Shown one piece after another: positions 48,834-58,621 of a stretch of DNA of 64,000 nt. This stretch comes from a virus (taxonomy: Duplodnaviria > Caudoviricetes): positions 3,776 through 67,775 of the IMG/VR virus record IMGVR_UViG_3300034155_000052; one strand, 5' to 3'. The notes under the pieces were generated by a model. It had not been told where the DNA came from. It saw only the letters and a program-made list of their open reading frames with translations, and searched no databases. The position numbers and the translations under genes were made by a program. Positions within the stretch are counted from its first letter, which is position 1. Each line of letters begins with the position of its first letter.

Positions 48834-49384
48834 TAAAGATAGCAAATAATAGGGTAAAGCTACTTGATATTTTACGTCATTATGGATTTAAGATAGAGCA
48901 AAACTATCAACGTCCAATATGGAGTAATAATATTGTTTGCCCTTTAGCATCACATAAAGGGGCAAAAGAGAGAACTCCATCTTTTGGATATCATTTTGCA
49001 AGAGATTATTTTTCATGTTTTGGGTGTGGAAAAGCCGGTAGAGCTGTTGAATTCATAGCTGAATATGAACAGATCCCGAGGGGTGTTGTAGCTGAGAGAA
49101 TATTATCTCAATATGGTGGTAATGATATTACATCAGATGATTTTAAAGATTATCAAGATGATTTAACAAATATTCTTTTAGATGGGTCAAAGTATTTACA
49201 AATACTAATACAAAAAAATAAAAATAACCCTAAAGAATTACAAAAAATAGAAAAAGTGATATGGTGGTTAGATTTTTATTTAATGTCTAAAGTACAAAAT
49301 AAAAAGATTCAACCTCAAGATCTTGAATTTATAATAAATAAAGCAAAAAACCTACTTAATAATCAGGATATTATTTTATTTTAA
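48737..49384 (+). CDS. stand-alone CHC2 zinc-finger (primase zinc-binding domain) protein
   Basis: CPLASH...ERTPSF...YFSCFGCGKAG.AVEFI; no TOPRIM domain. Confidence 0.8.
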   Translation: MHRVSHSTKPNSGSDSSGESGNTEDNSEKFSLIKIANNRVKLLDILRHYGFKIEQNYQRPIWSNNIVCPLASHKGAKERTPSFGYHFARDYFSCFGCGKAGRAVEFIAEYEQIPRGVVAERILSQYGGNDITSDDFKDYQDDLTNILLDGSKYLQILIQKNKNNPKELQKIEKVIWWLDFYLMSKVQNKKIQPQDLEFIINKAKNLLNNQDIILF

Positions 49385-49420
49385 TTGAAAATATATTTTT
49401 ACCAAAGAAAGATTTGTGTT

Positions 49421-50251
49421 ATGTTAAAAGAAGACGAATGGGATGAAATATCAAGAACACCTGGATTAAGTGAAGAATTTATTAGGGAGAATTCTGATAA
49501 AATAACTTGGTATAATATATCAGAATATCAAAAACTTAGTGAAGGATTTATTAGAGAATTTTCTGATAAAGTAGATTGGTGGTATATATCAATTTATCAA
49601 AAGCTAAGTGAAGGATTTATTAGAGAGTTTTCTAATAAAATATATTGGGATTTAATAGAAAAATATCAAAAATTAAGTGAAGGGTTTATTAGAGACTTTT
49701 CTAATAAAGTAAATTGGATAAATATATCAAAATACCAAAAATTAAGTGAAGAATTTATTATAGAAAACCATGATAAAGTAAATAGATATAATATATTTAA
49801 ATATCAAAAACTAGGAAAAGATCTTATCAAAAAATATAATATTAACATACACACTCCTGAAACAAATTGGTTATATAAAGATAAAGAATATAAGAGAAAA
49901 TATATTAAAGCAAATACAGAATATGAGATTGTTGGAGATAATGTAATAGCATATAAAAGTTGTAGATCTGATGGGTATTCATGTTATAATTTCCAATATC
50001 ATTATGAAGTTGGTGGAGAATATGAATGTCATGCAGATTATAATATAGATATTGAAAATAGCTTTGGATTATCTGCATGGACAAAAGACGGAGCATTACA
50101 ATATTATAATAAAGGAAAATTATTTAAAGTAGAAATAGATTTGGAAGATATTGCAGCTATTGTGCATGATGGAAAAAAGATAAGAGCAAGTAAAATAAAA
50201 ATATTAGAAGAAGCTGAAATATTTCCATATGAACAAGAAGTTTGTTTGTAA
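49421..50251 (+). CDS. 22-aa Trp-repeat protein, paralogue 6 (about 6 repeats)
   Basis: ATG at 49421 follows the conserved leader. Confidence 0.85.
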   Translation: MLKEDEWDEISRTPGLSEEFIRENSDKITWYNISEYQKLSEGFIREFSDKVDWWYISIYQKLSEGFIREFSNKIYWDLIEKYQKLSEGFIRDFSNKVNWINISKYQKLSEEFIIENHDKVNRYNIFKYQKLGKDLIKKYNINIHTPETNWLYKDKEYKRKYIKANTEYEIVGDNVIAYKSCRSDGYSCYNFQYHYEVGGEYECHADYNIDIENSFGLSAWTKDGALQYYNKGKLFKVEIDLEDIAAIVHDGKKIRASKIKILEEAEIFPYEQEVCL

Positions 50252-50281
50252 TTATATTTTTACCAAAGAAAGGTTTATATT

Positions 50282-51076
50282 ATGTTAAATGAACAAAAAG
50301 ATTGGGATGAAATTTCGGTTAAGCTTGGTTTAACCGAAGTGTTTATTAGAGAAAATGCTAATAAAGTAAATTGGTATTTTATATCATATTATCAAAAACT
50401 AAGTGAAGAATTTATTAGAGAATTTTCTGATAAAATAGATTGGGACTGTGTATCGCAACAGCAAAAACTAAGTGAAGATTTTATTAGAGAGTTTTCTAAA
50501 AAAGTAAATTGGTATCATATTTCAATTTATCAGAAATTAAGCGAAGAATTTATTAGAGAATTTTCTAATGAAGTAGATTGGAATAATATATCAATTTATC
50601 AAAAGCTTAGTGAGGGATTTATAAGAGAGTTTTTTAAAAAATTATATTATATAGAAAGATATCAGAAATTAAGTCCAGAATTTATTAAGGAATATAATTT
50701 AACAATTCCAGAAACATGTTGGTTATATAAGGATAAAGAATTTAAAAGAGAATATATTAAAACAAATACATCATATGAGATTATTGGAGATAAAGTAATT
50801 GCATATAAAACATGTAGGGAAGATGGATATTCTAGATTTAATTTCCAATATCATTATGAAACCGGTAAAGAATATGAAGCTCATGCAGATTACAATATAA
50901 ATAATTATAATAGTTTTGGTTTATCTGCTTGGATAAAAGAAAAAGCAATAGAATATTATAATATAGGGAAATTATTTAAAGTAGAAATAGATTTAGATGA
51001 TATAGCAGCAATAGTCCATGAAGGAAATAAGATAAGAGCAAGTAAGATTAAAATATTGGAAGAGGTTGGTTTTTAA
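50282..51076 (+). CDS. 22-aa Trp-repeat protein, paralogue 7 (about 6 repeats)
   Basis: Same repeats, C-domain and leader. Confidence 0.85.
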   Translation: MLNEQKDWDEISVKLGLTEVFIRENANKVNWYFISYYQKLSEEFIREFSDKIDWDCVSQQQKLSEDFIREFSKKVNWYHISIYQKLSEEFIREFSNEVDWNNISIYQKLSEGFIREFFKKLYYIERYQKLSPEFIKEYNLTIPETCWLYKDKEFKREYIKTNTSYEIIGDKVIAYKTCREDGYSRFNFQYHYETGKEYEAHADYNINNYNSFGLSAWIKEKAIEYYNIGKLFKVEIDLDDIAAIVHEGNKIRASKIKILEEVGF

Positions 51077-51078
51077 AA

Positions 51079-52293
51079 ATGAAATGTTTAATTTTAGGGG
51101 ATTTTCATATTGGTCGTAGTAATGGTGGTAAACCAGCTGAATTAGGAAAATTAAATTCTCGCATTCAAGACCAGGTTGATTTATTAGACTGGGCTTATGA
51201 TCAGTGTACACAAGACACAAGTATTACCACAATAATTATTACAGGAGATGTCTATCATGATTTTAGACCTTATCCAACAATAATTTGTATTTTTATGAAA
51301 TTTCTTAAAAAATGTGAACATTTCGGTATAGATGTTCATATTGTTATGGGTAATCATGATGTTATGCGTTCTGGACAATATATTGTATCAGCTTTGGATT
51401 TGGTATCAGAATTAGAACTAACTAATGCAACTGTTCATAAAACAATAGATAGAATAGAATTAGATGATTTTACTATAGTTTTTGTTCCGTTTCGAGATAA
51501 ACGAATGTATGAAGTTAAAACAACAGAATCAGGTATTGAAAAACTAAAATCAGAATTAGATTCTGTATGTGTCATTCCATCTAATAAAACAAAAATTTCT
51601 ATTGGTCATTTGGCTATTGAGGGGTCTTTATGTGTTGGAGATGAAATTGCAGATCAGTTAAATGAATTATATGTTCCAACAGATATTTTTGAATGGTTTG
51701 ATTATGTTTTTATGGGTCATATTCATCATCCTCAAATAATTCAACATACAACCCCGTATGTTGCTCATATTGGAAGCCTTGACCGTTCTGATTTTTCCAA
51801 AACAGAAATTGAGTCTGATAAAATTGCTATTTTATTAGATTCTTCTCTAGAAAATAAATTTATAGAATTAAAATTACCAACACGAGCATTAAGATCTTTA
51901 AGTATAGAAGTACCTGTTGAAAAAGACTCTACAGAATTTGTGATAAATGAATTGTGTTTATTATCAAAAAAATATGAATTTAAAGGGGCTATTGTTAAAT
52001 TAGAGGTTAAATTAATAGGTAATGAACTAGAAAACGTTCAAAGAGACAAAATTGAATCATATTTATTTGATCGTCTAGAAATTTTCCATTTAACTGATTT
52101 TTCCGAATCGAGGGTTTTATCTACAATTCAAATAAACCCAGAAGATGTATTTGATAATACTATGGAAATTGCTCAAACCATAAATAAATGGGCTGAAACA
52201 AGACAAAGTTTTGATAATGATCAAGAACGAGAACTATTTAGAGCAGCCGCCCATGAAATAAGAGCAGAATATGAGGAAAAATTGAAAAAATGA
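51079..52293 (+). CDS. sbcD: SbcD/Mre11-like nuclease
   Basis: GDFHIG, TGDVYH, MGNHD, IGHL, MGHIH, GSL. Confidence 0.88.
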   Translation: MKCLILGDFHIGRSNGGKPAELGKLNSRIQDQVDLLDWAYDQCTQDTSITTIIITGDVYHDFRPYPTIICIFMKFLKKCEHFGIDVHIVMGNHDVMRSGQYIVSALDLVSELELTNATVHKTIDRIELDDFTIVFVPFRDKRMYEVKTTESGIEKLKSELDSVCVIPSNKTKISIGHLAIEGSLCVGDEIADQLNELYVPTDIFEWFDYVFMGHIHHPQIIQHTTPYVAHIGSLDRSDFSKTEIESDKIAILLDSSLENKFIELKLPTRALRSLSIEVPVEKDSTEFVINELCLLSKKYEFKGAIVKLEVKLIGNELENVQRDKIESYLFDRLEIFHLTDFSESRVLSTIQINPEDVFDNTMEIAQTINKWAETRQSFDNDQERELFRAAAHEIRAEYEEKLKK

Positions 52294-54428
52294 GACCACT
52301 TAGATTATATCTTAAAAACTTTATGAATCATAAACTGAGTGAAATTGATTGCACTCAGTTTTCTTCTGTCCTTATTGTTGGTAAAAATTATAAAAACGAT
52401 AAAATATCTAATGGAGTTGGTAAAACCACTTTATTCAACGCTATTGAATATGTATTATTTAATGAATCACATTCTACTACATTGGATAAAGTAGTAATGG
52501 ATGGTAAGAAAAAATGTATTGTAGAATATGATTTTGAATTAAATAATGAAATTTATAGAATTTATCGTCATAGAACAAATACAGGGTCTCCAGACGTAAG
52601 ATTATATAAAAAGCTACCAACTGGAGAATTTGAATCTATATCTGAAAGAACACCTTCAGAAACAGATGCTAAAATACGTGGTTTAATTAAAATCTCTCAT
52701 AAAGCATTTACCTATTCTGTTTTATTTAGACAAGCAGATCTTACTGGTATTTCCACTGTTAAAGAACCTGCTAAACGTAAAGAAATTTTAAAAGAACCTC
52801 TTAATTTATGCGTTTATACCAAATTAGAAGAATTAGCAGCTAAAAAAACAAAACCACTTAGAAAAGAAATTGATAGATTAGAAGGATCTATCTCTGTTAT
52901 CGGAAACCCAATAGAAGATATTAATAAATCAGAGTTAGAATTATCTAATATTTTAACAAAAATTACAGATAATGAACAATTAATTAAAGAAACAAATGCT
53001 AGTCTTGAAATTAAACGCAATTTCTTAGAAGAACTAAAATCTTCATTGTCTATGGAGGATTCTGATATTTATAAAAAAATATCAGAACAAGAAAGCTCTT
53101 TAAAAAAATTAAGAGAATCTTCTTCTGGATATGAATTAAAACTAAAAAATATTACAACTATTATATCTAATAAATTAAAAGAATTAAAAACTTCAGAAAA
53201 CAATACACAAGAATTTAATAAAAAACTAACTCAATTATCTTTAAATAAAACAACCGATATTGAAGAATTACAAGCGGTATATAGAAAAGTTTGTGCAGAT
53301 GAAGTAAGAGGATCTGGTTTAATTGCTGGTATTGCTGCTCAAATAAAGTTTATAAAGAAAACAATTCCTGATACAGATCAATGTCCAGCTTGTCAACAAT
53401 CAATTACCAAAGAATATAGATATGCTTTAGAAAATGATACTGCTCAAAAATTAGCAATTCAACAAGATCAATTAAATTCTTTAGAAGATGCTTTAACAAA
53501 ATGTCAAAGAAAAAAGAAGAGATTAGATGATGAAATAAAAATAGCAAGAACTCTTCAACAAGACATTTTAAAATTAGAAACCCAAATAAATTCTTCACGT
53601 AATGATCAAGTATCAAAACGGGAAGAAATTGATCGTCTAACTATAGAACAGAATGAATTAAATAAGAAAATTCAAGAAAATTCTTCAAGTATTTTAGAAA
53701 ACTCTAAACATTTAGATGTTTTAAGAGAGTCTTCTACAAAATCCTCTGTTCCAGTATTAAATAATCAAATTTTGCTCCTTTCTAAGGAAATTGATGAATT
53801 AAAAGAAAACAATTCATTATATAATCAAAGAGCCTCATCTCTATCTTCAATGAAAGGAGGATTAGAGGAAAGAATTACCAATAGAAAAGCAGACCAAGGG
53901 AAACTAGAAATATTAAAGAGTTCTTTGGTAACAACCAAAAGCGAATTAAAAATACGACAAATGGTCGTAGATTCTTTCCATAGTATTCCTTCTTTTATTA
54001 TTCAAACCGTTTTAGATGATTTACAATTCGAAACAAATAAAGCAGTAAAAGAACTTAGACCAGAATTAGATATTCAAATTGATTCTGAATTAAATTTTAT
54101 ATATCGTAGAAATGGTGTAATTAGAGAATATTCTCAGCTTTCCCATGGACAACATGTATATATTGCTCTTTCTTTTAAAAGAGGTATGTCTAATGTTATT
54201 CAAAAACGTATAGGTATTCCAATTAAATTATTAGAATTAGATGAGGTTGATGCCAATTTAGATGAAAGCGGTATAGAAGCTTTTGCTGATGCTATACAAA
54301 AATGGAAAAAAGACTATACAATATTTGTGATTACTCATAATAAAGATTTAAAAGATAAATTTTCTCATGCAATCTTAGTCGAAGAGGAACAAGATGGAGC
54401 TACTGCTACTTTAGTAACTAGTTGGTAA
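52290..54428 (+). CDS. sbcC: SbcC/Rad50-like SMC ATPase
   Basis: NGVGKTT, long coiled coil, CPAC zinc hook, LSHGQ signature, LLELDEVDANLD, ITH. Confidence 0.9.
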   Translation: MRPLRLYLKNFMNHKLSEIDCTQFSSVLIVGKNYKNDKISNGVGKTTLFNAIEYVLFNESHSTTLDKVVMDGKKKCIVEYDFELNNEIYRIYRHRTNTGSPDVRLYKKLPTGEFESISERTPSETDAKIRGLIKISHKAFTYSVLFRQADLTGISTVKEPAKRKEILKEPLNLCVYTKLEELAAKKTKPLRKEIDRLEGSISVIGNPIEDINKSELELSNILTKITDNEQLIKETNASLEIKRNFLEELKSSLSMEDSDIYKKISEQESSLKKLRESSSGYELKLKNITTIISNKLKELKTSENNTQEFNKKLTQLSLNKTTDIEELQAVYRKVCADEVRGSGLIAGIAAQIKFIKKTIPDTDQCPACQQSITKEYRYALENDTAQKLAIQQDQLNSLEDALTKCQRKKKRLDDEIKIARTLQQDILKLETQINSSRNDQVSKREEIDRLTIEQNELNKKIQENSSSILENSKHLDVLRESSTKSSVPVLNNQILLLSKEIDELKENNSLYNQRASSLSSMKGGLEERITNRKADQGKLEILKSSLVTTKSELKIRQMVVDSFHSIPSFIIQTVLDDLQFETNKAVKELRPELDIQIDSELNFIYRRNGVIREYSQLSHGQHVYIALSFKRGMSNVIQKRIGIPIKLLELDEVDANLDESGIEAFADAIQKWKKDYTIFVITHNKDLKDKFSHAILVEEEQDGATATLVTSW

Positions 54429-54499
54429 TTCAATTATTATTGTGATATAGAATTATCAATAAAAGAGCGTTAGGGGTTTAGCGATAAAAGGTTTAAACA

Positions 54500-55138
54500 A
54501 TGATTATAGGAATTTCAGGATTAGCAGGTTCGGGTAAAGATACTGTAGCAGATATTTTTTTAAAACGAAAAGGAATTGTTAAAATAGCTTTAGCAGATCC
54601 TATTAAAAGATTTGTTAAAGAACTTTGGTATTTTTCATATTCTCAATTGTGGGGTGAGTCAAGTCAAAGATCTGTTCAAGATATTAGATATCCTAAAGAA
54701 ATAAATGGAAATATAGAATATTTAACACCTAGAAAATGTCTTCAACATCTCGGTACCGAGGGTGCTAGGTTTTTAGATGAAGATGTTTTTGTTAGATATG
54801 GAATTAAACAAGCCAAATTATTGTTGAAATCTAGCTATTTAAATAATAGCCCAACTCTTGGCGTTTATACATCAGATATTTATAACCCAATCAAAGCAGT
54901 TATTATTTCTGATTTGAGATTTATAAATGAGATAAAATACATTAAACAAGAAGGTGGTGTAATTATAAAGGTTGTTAGACCAAACTCTGGATTAAAAGAA
55001 GGTTTTGCAACCCACCAAAGTGAATCTGAACAGTCTTCTGTTTCTGATTTGTGTTTTAATGAAATTATTGATAATTCAGGTACAATTGAAGATTTAACGA
55101 TTAAAGTAGAAAAAATTATAGATAAATTAGGCCTATAA
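54500..55138 (+). CDS. deoxynucleoside monophosphate kinase (T4 gp1-like)
   Basis: IIGISGLAGSGKDT, ALADPIK, TPRKCLQHLGTE.R, ISDLRFINE, HQSE. Confidence 0.88.
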   Translation: MIIGISGLAGSGKDTVADIFLKRKGIVKIALADPIKRFVKELWYFSYSQLWGESSQRSVQDIRYPKEINGNIEYLTPRKCLQHLGTEGARFLDEDVFVRYGIKQAKLLLKSSYLNNSPTLGVYTSDIYNPIKAVIISDLRFINEIKYIKQEGGVIIKVVRPNSGLKEGFATHQSESEQSSVSDLCFNEIIDNSGTIEDLTIKVEKIIDKLGL

Positions 55139-55150
55139 TAGGATTATATT

Positions 55151-55315
55151 ATGTTTGAAGGAAAAGATAGAGTAGATTTTTGGGTTTCTTTTACTGAGTT
55201 TTCAAAACAAGTAGATCAAATTAAAGAACTTGAAGATGAGGTTTTCAAACTTAAAACAACAATAACTAATCTTGAAGAGCAATTAGCTATAAAAATAGCT
55301 CAAAAAGAATCCTAA
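55151..55315 (+). CDS. small hypothetical coiled-coil protein (54 aa)
   Basis: Hand-translated MFEGKDRVDFWVSFTEFSKQVDQIKELEDEVFKLK... Confidence 0.45.
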   Translation: MFEGKDRVDFWVSFTEFSKQVDQIKELEDEVFKLKTTITNLEEQLAIKIAQKES

Positions 55316-55345
55316 ACGCATCTTTTGGTATGTCAATACCTACAA

Positions 55346-56335
55346 ATGGCAACAATTACCATTACAATTACAGAATCGGTTTTACAATTATTGGCTGGAA
55401 TACCATCTAATATTATTTTAGATACTAATGTCCCAGCTACTATATTTTATACATTAGACGGATCAACTCCAACTACTTATTCTTTTGTTGTGGTTGGTCC
55501 AATTGATCTTCCTACTAACTCTGCACATGTGGTTATTAAAGCTTTTGCTACTGATGGTGTTGATACTAGTGCTGTAATTACCCAAGAATATACTACAAAC
55601 GTTATTGGTTTAAGAAATTCTCATGATACTGTAATATTAAATCAAGACTGTTGTAATAAAGCAACATATCCATTTGGTAGTTCTTCTTCAGAAATGGGTG
55701 AATTACCAATTTGGGGAAATGCTGGTGGTGTTATTGTTGATAATAATCAATCAACAAGAACTGCTGATGGTTATGATGGTACTGGAACAAATACTGGTGC
55801 CGGTTATTATACACCTCCAGATACACGATATGATGTTTTATTTTCAGAAACAAATAGTATTGGTGAAACTGGCAGGGGAATTGGTACTTTACCAGGTAGA
55901 GTAATTTATTCAAAACCAAGAAATGATAACGTTACAGAAAATAGTTCTAATACAGCAAGTCCTTTTTTCAATCCAAAAGCACTAGTTATATTTCAAGATT
56001 CTAGTGAAGAACAATTTGATCCTGATATACCTAGAATAAATAGACCATATTTTGATCTTGAAAATCAAGCTAAAGCTAGAGATGGGGCTTTATTGTCTGA
56101 AGGGGCAATATCTCCTTCTGGTGGTTTTTTAAAAGCTATATTTAACCCAACTGATAATACGTTAACGTATTATTATTATGATAACAGGGCTTGTAGATGG
56201 ATTATATCTAAAGAACCTTATTCTCCAGCACAAAATCCAACAGCTAATTTATCTGGTATGGTTTCTAGGTCGAGAGGCCAAGGTGCTGGTAAGGTATTTA
56301 AATGGATACCATTTAAGTATCGTACATTAATTTAA
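55346..56335 (+). CDS. probable structural protein with N-terminal CHB_HEX_C/Fn3-associated Ig-like domain
   Basis: TIFYTLDGSTPT motif; Gly/Thr-rich; ATG at 55346. Confidence 0.65.
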   Translation: MATITITITESVLQLLAGIPSNIILDTNVPATIFYTLDGSTPTTYSFVVVGPIDLPTNSAHVVIKAFATDGVDTSAVITQEYTTNVIGLRNSHDTVILNQDCCNKATYPFGSSSSEMGELPIWGNAGGVIVDNNQSTRTADGYDGTGTNTGAGYYTPPDTRYDVLFSETNSIGETGRGIGTLPGRVIYSKPRNDNVTENSSNTASPFFNPKALVIFQDSSEEQFDPDIPRINRPYFDLENQAKARDGALLSEGAISPSGGFLKAIFNPTDNTLTYYYYDNRACRWIISKEPYSPAQNPTANLSGMVSRSRGQGAGKVFKWIPFKYRTLI

Positions 56336-56349
56336 GAAAGATTTTACTA

Positions 56350-57195
56350 ATGGATATTGAAGTTACACTTTTGTCTAAAAAAGACATGAGTAATATAGAG
56401 TTAACGCTTTCAGTTTCAAAAGCTAAAACTTTTGAAGATTGTAAAGCTAAGTATAGATTTTGTTATATAGATAAATTACCAAGAATTGAACAAGATTTTC
56501 ATATTTTTGGTAAATTCTTACATCAAATTCTTGAAAACTTTCATAAAGCACTTATTTGTGATCCTGATAGATCTAAATATTGGCAAGTAGTAATGGAAGA
56601 AGCTTGGAATATAGCTCATACAGAATATGAATCACAAATAACTGGTTTACAATATAAAGATGCTAAAAATATTATTAAAGAATATTGTGAAATTTTAGAA
56701 GAAGAAGGTCTTCCGAATGTTTTGGCTAATGAAAAACCATTTTTCATTAAGCTTAATTCTGTTTTATTGAATGGATATATTGATCGAGTACAAGTAGATT
56801 CTGATGGAGTATTACATGTAATTGATTATAAAACAACAAAAGATCCTAAATATCTTAAAGATTATTTTCAATTATTAACATATGCTTATGCTTTAATGTT
56901 AGAAGATCCTAAGCTAAATAGAGTTAGAGCGTCATTTGTATTACTTAAACATGGGTTTAGATATTTAACAGAAGAATATACTAGAGAACAGGTAATGCCA
57001 ATTGCCGAGAAGTTTATCAAATACTATCTAAATATTCAAGAAGAAAAAACCTGGAGACCAAACCCTCAATTTCTGTGTAAGTATTGTGATTATATGGAAC
57101 ATTGTAAAGCAGGAAAAGATTATTTGGTCAAAAAAGGAATTATAGAAGGTAAAAAAAATATACCGTTTGTAGGTATGAAGAAATGGGGAAAGTAG
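56350..57195 (+). CDS. PD-(D/E)XK nuclease, RecB/Cas4-like with 4-Cys cluster
   Basis: LSVS....F..C, G..LH..LE, GYIDRV, IDYKT, QL..YA, CKYCDY...C. Confidence 0.88.
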   Translation: MDIEVTLLSKKDMSNIELTLSVSKAKTFEDCKAKYRFCYIDKLPRIEQDFHIFGKFLHQILENFHKALICDPDRSKYWQVVMEEAWNIAHTEYESQITGLQYKDAKNIIKEYCEILEEEGLPNVLANEKPFFIKLNSVLLNGYIDRVQVDSDGVLHVIDYKTTKDPKYLKDYFQLLTYAYALMLEDPKLNRVRASFVLLKHGFRYLTEEYTREQVMPIAEKFIKYYLNIQEEKTWRPNPQFLCKYCDYMEHCKAGKDYLVKKGIIEGKKNIPFVGMKKWGK

Positions 57196-57202
57196 TAAAA
57201 AT

Positions 57203-58594
57203 ATGCAAAAAGAAACAATAAACGATAATACAACAATCCTAAAAAGCAGAGCTGTAGGTTTTTCAACACAAAATTTTGAACAATTAATAGCTTCTGATGT
57301 TAAAGAATTAACATTTGAAGAAGAAATTACTTATCCAATAATTAAAACAACCGAACTTGAATATTGTAAAATAGCAATACATTATGAAACAAGTCCTGAA
57401 ATAGTTTCTACCAAACAAGATGAAGCTATTGCTATGCTTAGAGATGTTAAAATTCCTGGGTTTAGAAAGGGTAAGGCACCTGATTATGCTATTAAATCAA
57501 AACTTCGTCCACAGATTAATCAATATGTAGCTAGAGAATTAGCTTCTAGTGCTATTGATGATATTGTTTTTGAAACAAATATTAAACCAATAGGACAGCC
57601 TAAATTTGATAATGTAAAACTAGATAAAAAGTTTACTTGTGATATTGAATTATGTAAAAGACCTGAGTTTAAGGTTGAAAATATAAAGTTTGATATTCCC
57701 CGTCCAGTTTCTCAATTAGATGAAGAATCATTAGCAGAACAATCTCTTTATAATTTACGATTACGAGTTGGTGAAATGGCTCCTTATGAAGAAGATACTT
57801 CTGTCGAGATGGGAGACCAGGTAACATTATCATTTAATGCAACAACAAAAGGTATAACTTTAGATGATACAACTCCTGCACCAGATGTAGATTTTGAAGG
57901 ATCTGTTGTAGAAGGAGAAATGTATACAATTGGTGCAAATAAGTGGTCTGGATTTGACACTTATCTTATTGGTATGAAAGCTGGAGAAACTAGAGAGTTT
58001 GATTTTGTATTTGAGGATGGAGATCTTAAGGGTAAAACCGCACATTTCTCAGTTACTATTCATATGGGGACAAGAAAAACACCTCATCCTATTAACGAAT
58101 CGTTTTTTGAGCAAATGGGTGTTAAATCAATTGAAGAAATAATGGATAAACTTCGCCAAATTTCCAGAGTTTCCATTACAAACCAATCTAAAGCAGCAAT
58201 TCGTTCTCAAGCAGCTATTAAATTAATTGAAAATAATAAGTTTGAATTGCCAAAGTTTTTAATTGATGCTGAAATTGATAATATTGTAAAAAATTCTGGT
58301 AAAGATATTAAAACAATTTCTGGCGACGAACTTTCTAAAATTACTGAAAATGCAAAACAAAATTTATCACTTTCTTTGATTTTAGATTCTGTTCGAGATG
58401 TTGAGCCAGACTCTGTACTAAATGACAATGAAGCAAAACAACACTTGGCAAATCATATAGCTTCTCAAGGACAAGACCCAAATCAGTTATTTAGCAATAA
58501 AAACGCACAATACCAAGTCAGTATGTTATTACACGCAGTAAAAGACGAGTTCACTCTACAATGGGTAGCTGATCAAGCTACTATAATTGATTGA
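57203..58594 (+). CDS. tig: trigger factor
   Basis: IPGFRKGKAP ribosome-binding loop; FKBP-like middle domain (GDQV...F..G.IGMKAGETREF..GK.A.F.V.I); helical C-domain. Confidence 0.9.
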   Translation: MQKETINDNTTILKSRAVGFSTQNFEQLIASDVKELTFEEEITYPIIKTTELEYCKIAIHYETSPEIVSTKQDEAIAMLRDVKIPGFRKGKAPDYAIKSKLRPQINQYVARELASSAIDDIVFETNIKPIGQPKFDNVKLDKKFTCDIELCKRPEFKVENIKFDIPRPVSQLDEESLAEQSLYNLRLRVGEMAPYEEDTSVEMGDQVTLSFNATTKGITLDDTTPAPDVDFEGSVVEGEMYTIGANKWSGFDTYLIGMKAGETREFDFVFEDGDLKGKTAHFSVTIHMGTRKTPHPINESFFEQMGVKSIEEIMDKLRQISRVSITNQSKAAIRSQAAIKLIENNKFELPKFLIDAEIDNIVKNSGKDIKTISGDELSKITENAKQNLSLSLILDSVRDVEPDSVLNDNEAKQHLANHIASQGQDPNQLFSNKNAQYQVSMLLHAVKDEFTLQWVADQATIID

Positions 58595-58621
58595 TTGATT
58601 TAAAAAGGAATATAAAAAAAT

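Noticed and set aside
16510-51076. Diversity-generating retroelement behind the Trp-repeat variability
   Set aside because: No reverse transcriptase and no template/variable repeat pair in the window; I did not see variation restricted to adenines
56350-57195. Cas4 as part of a CRISPR-Cas locus
   Set aside because: No array or other cas genes nearby; solo RecB/Cas4-like nucleases are common in phages
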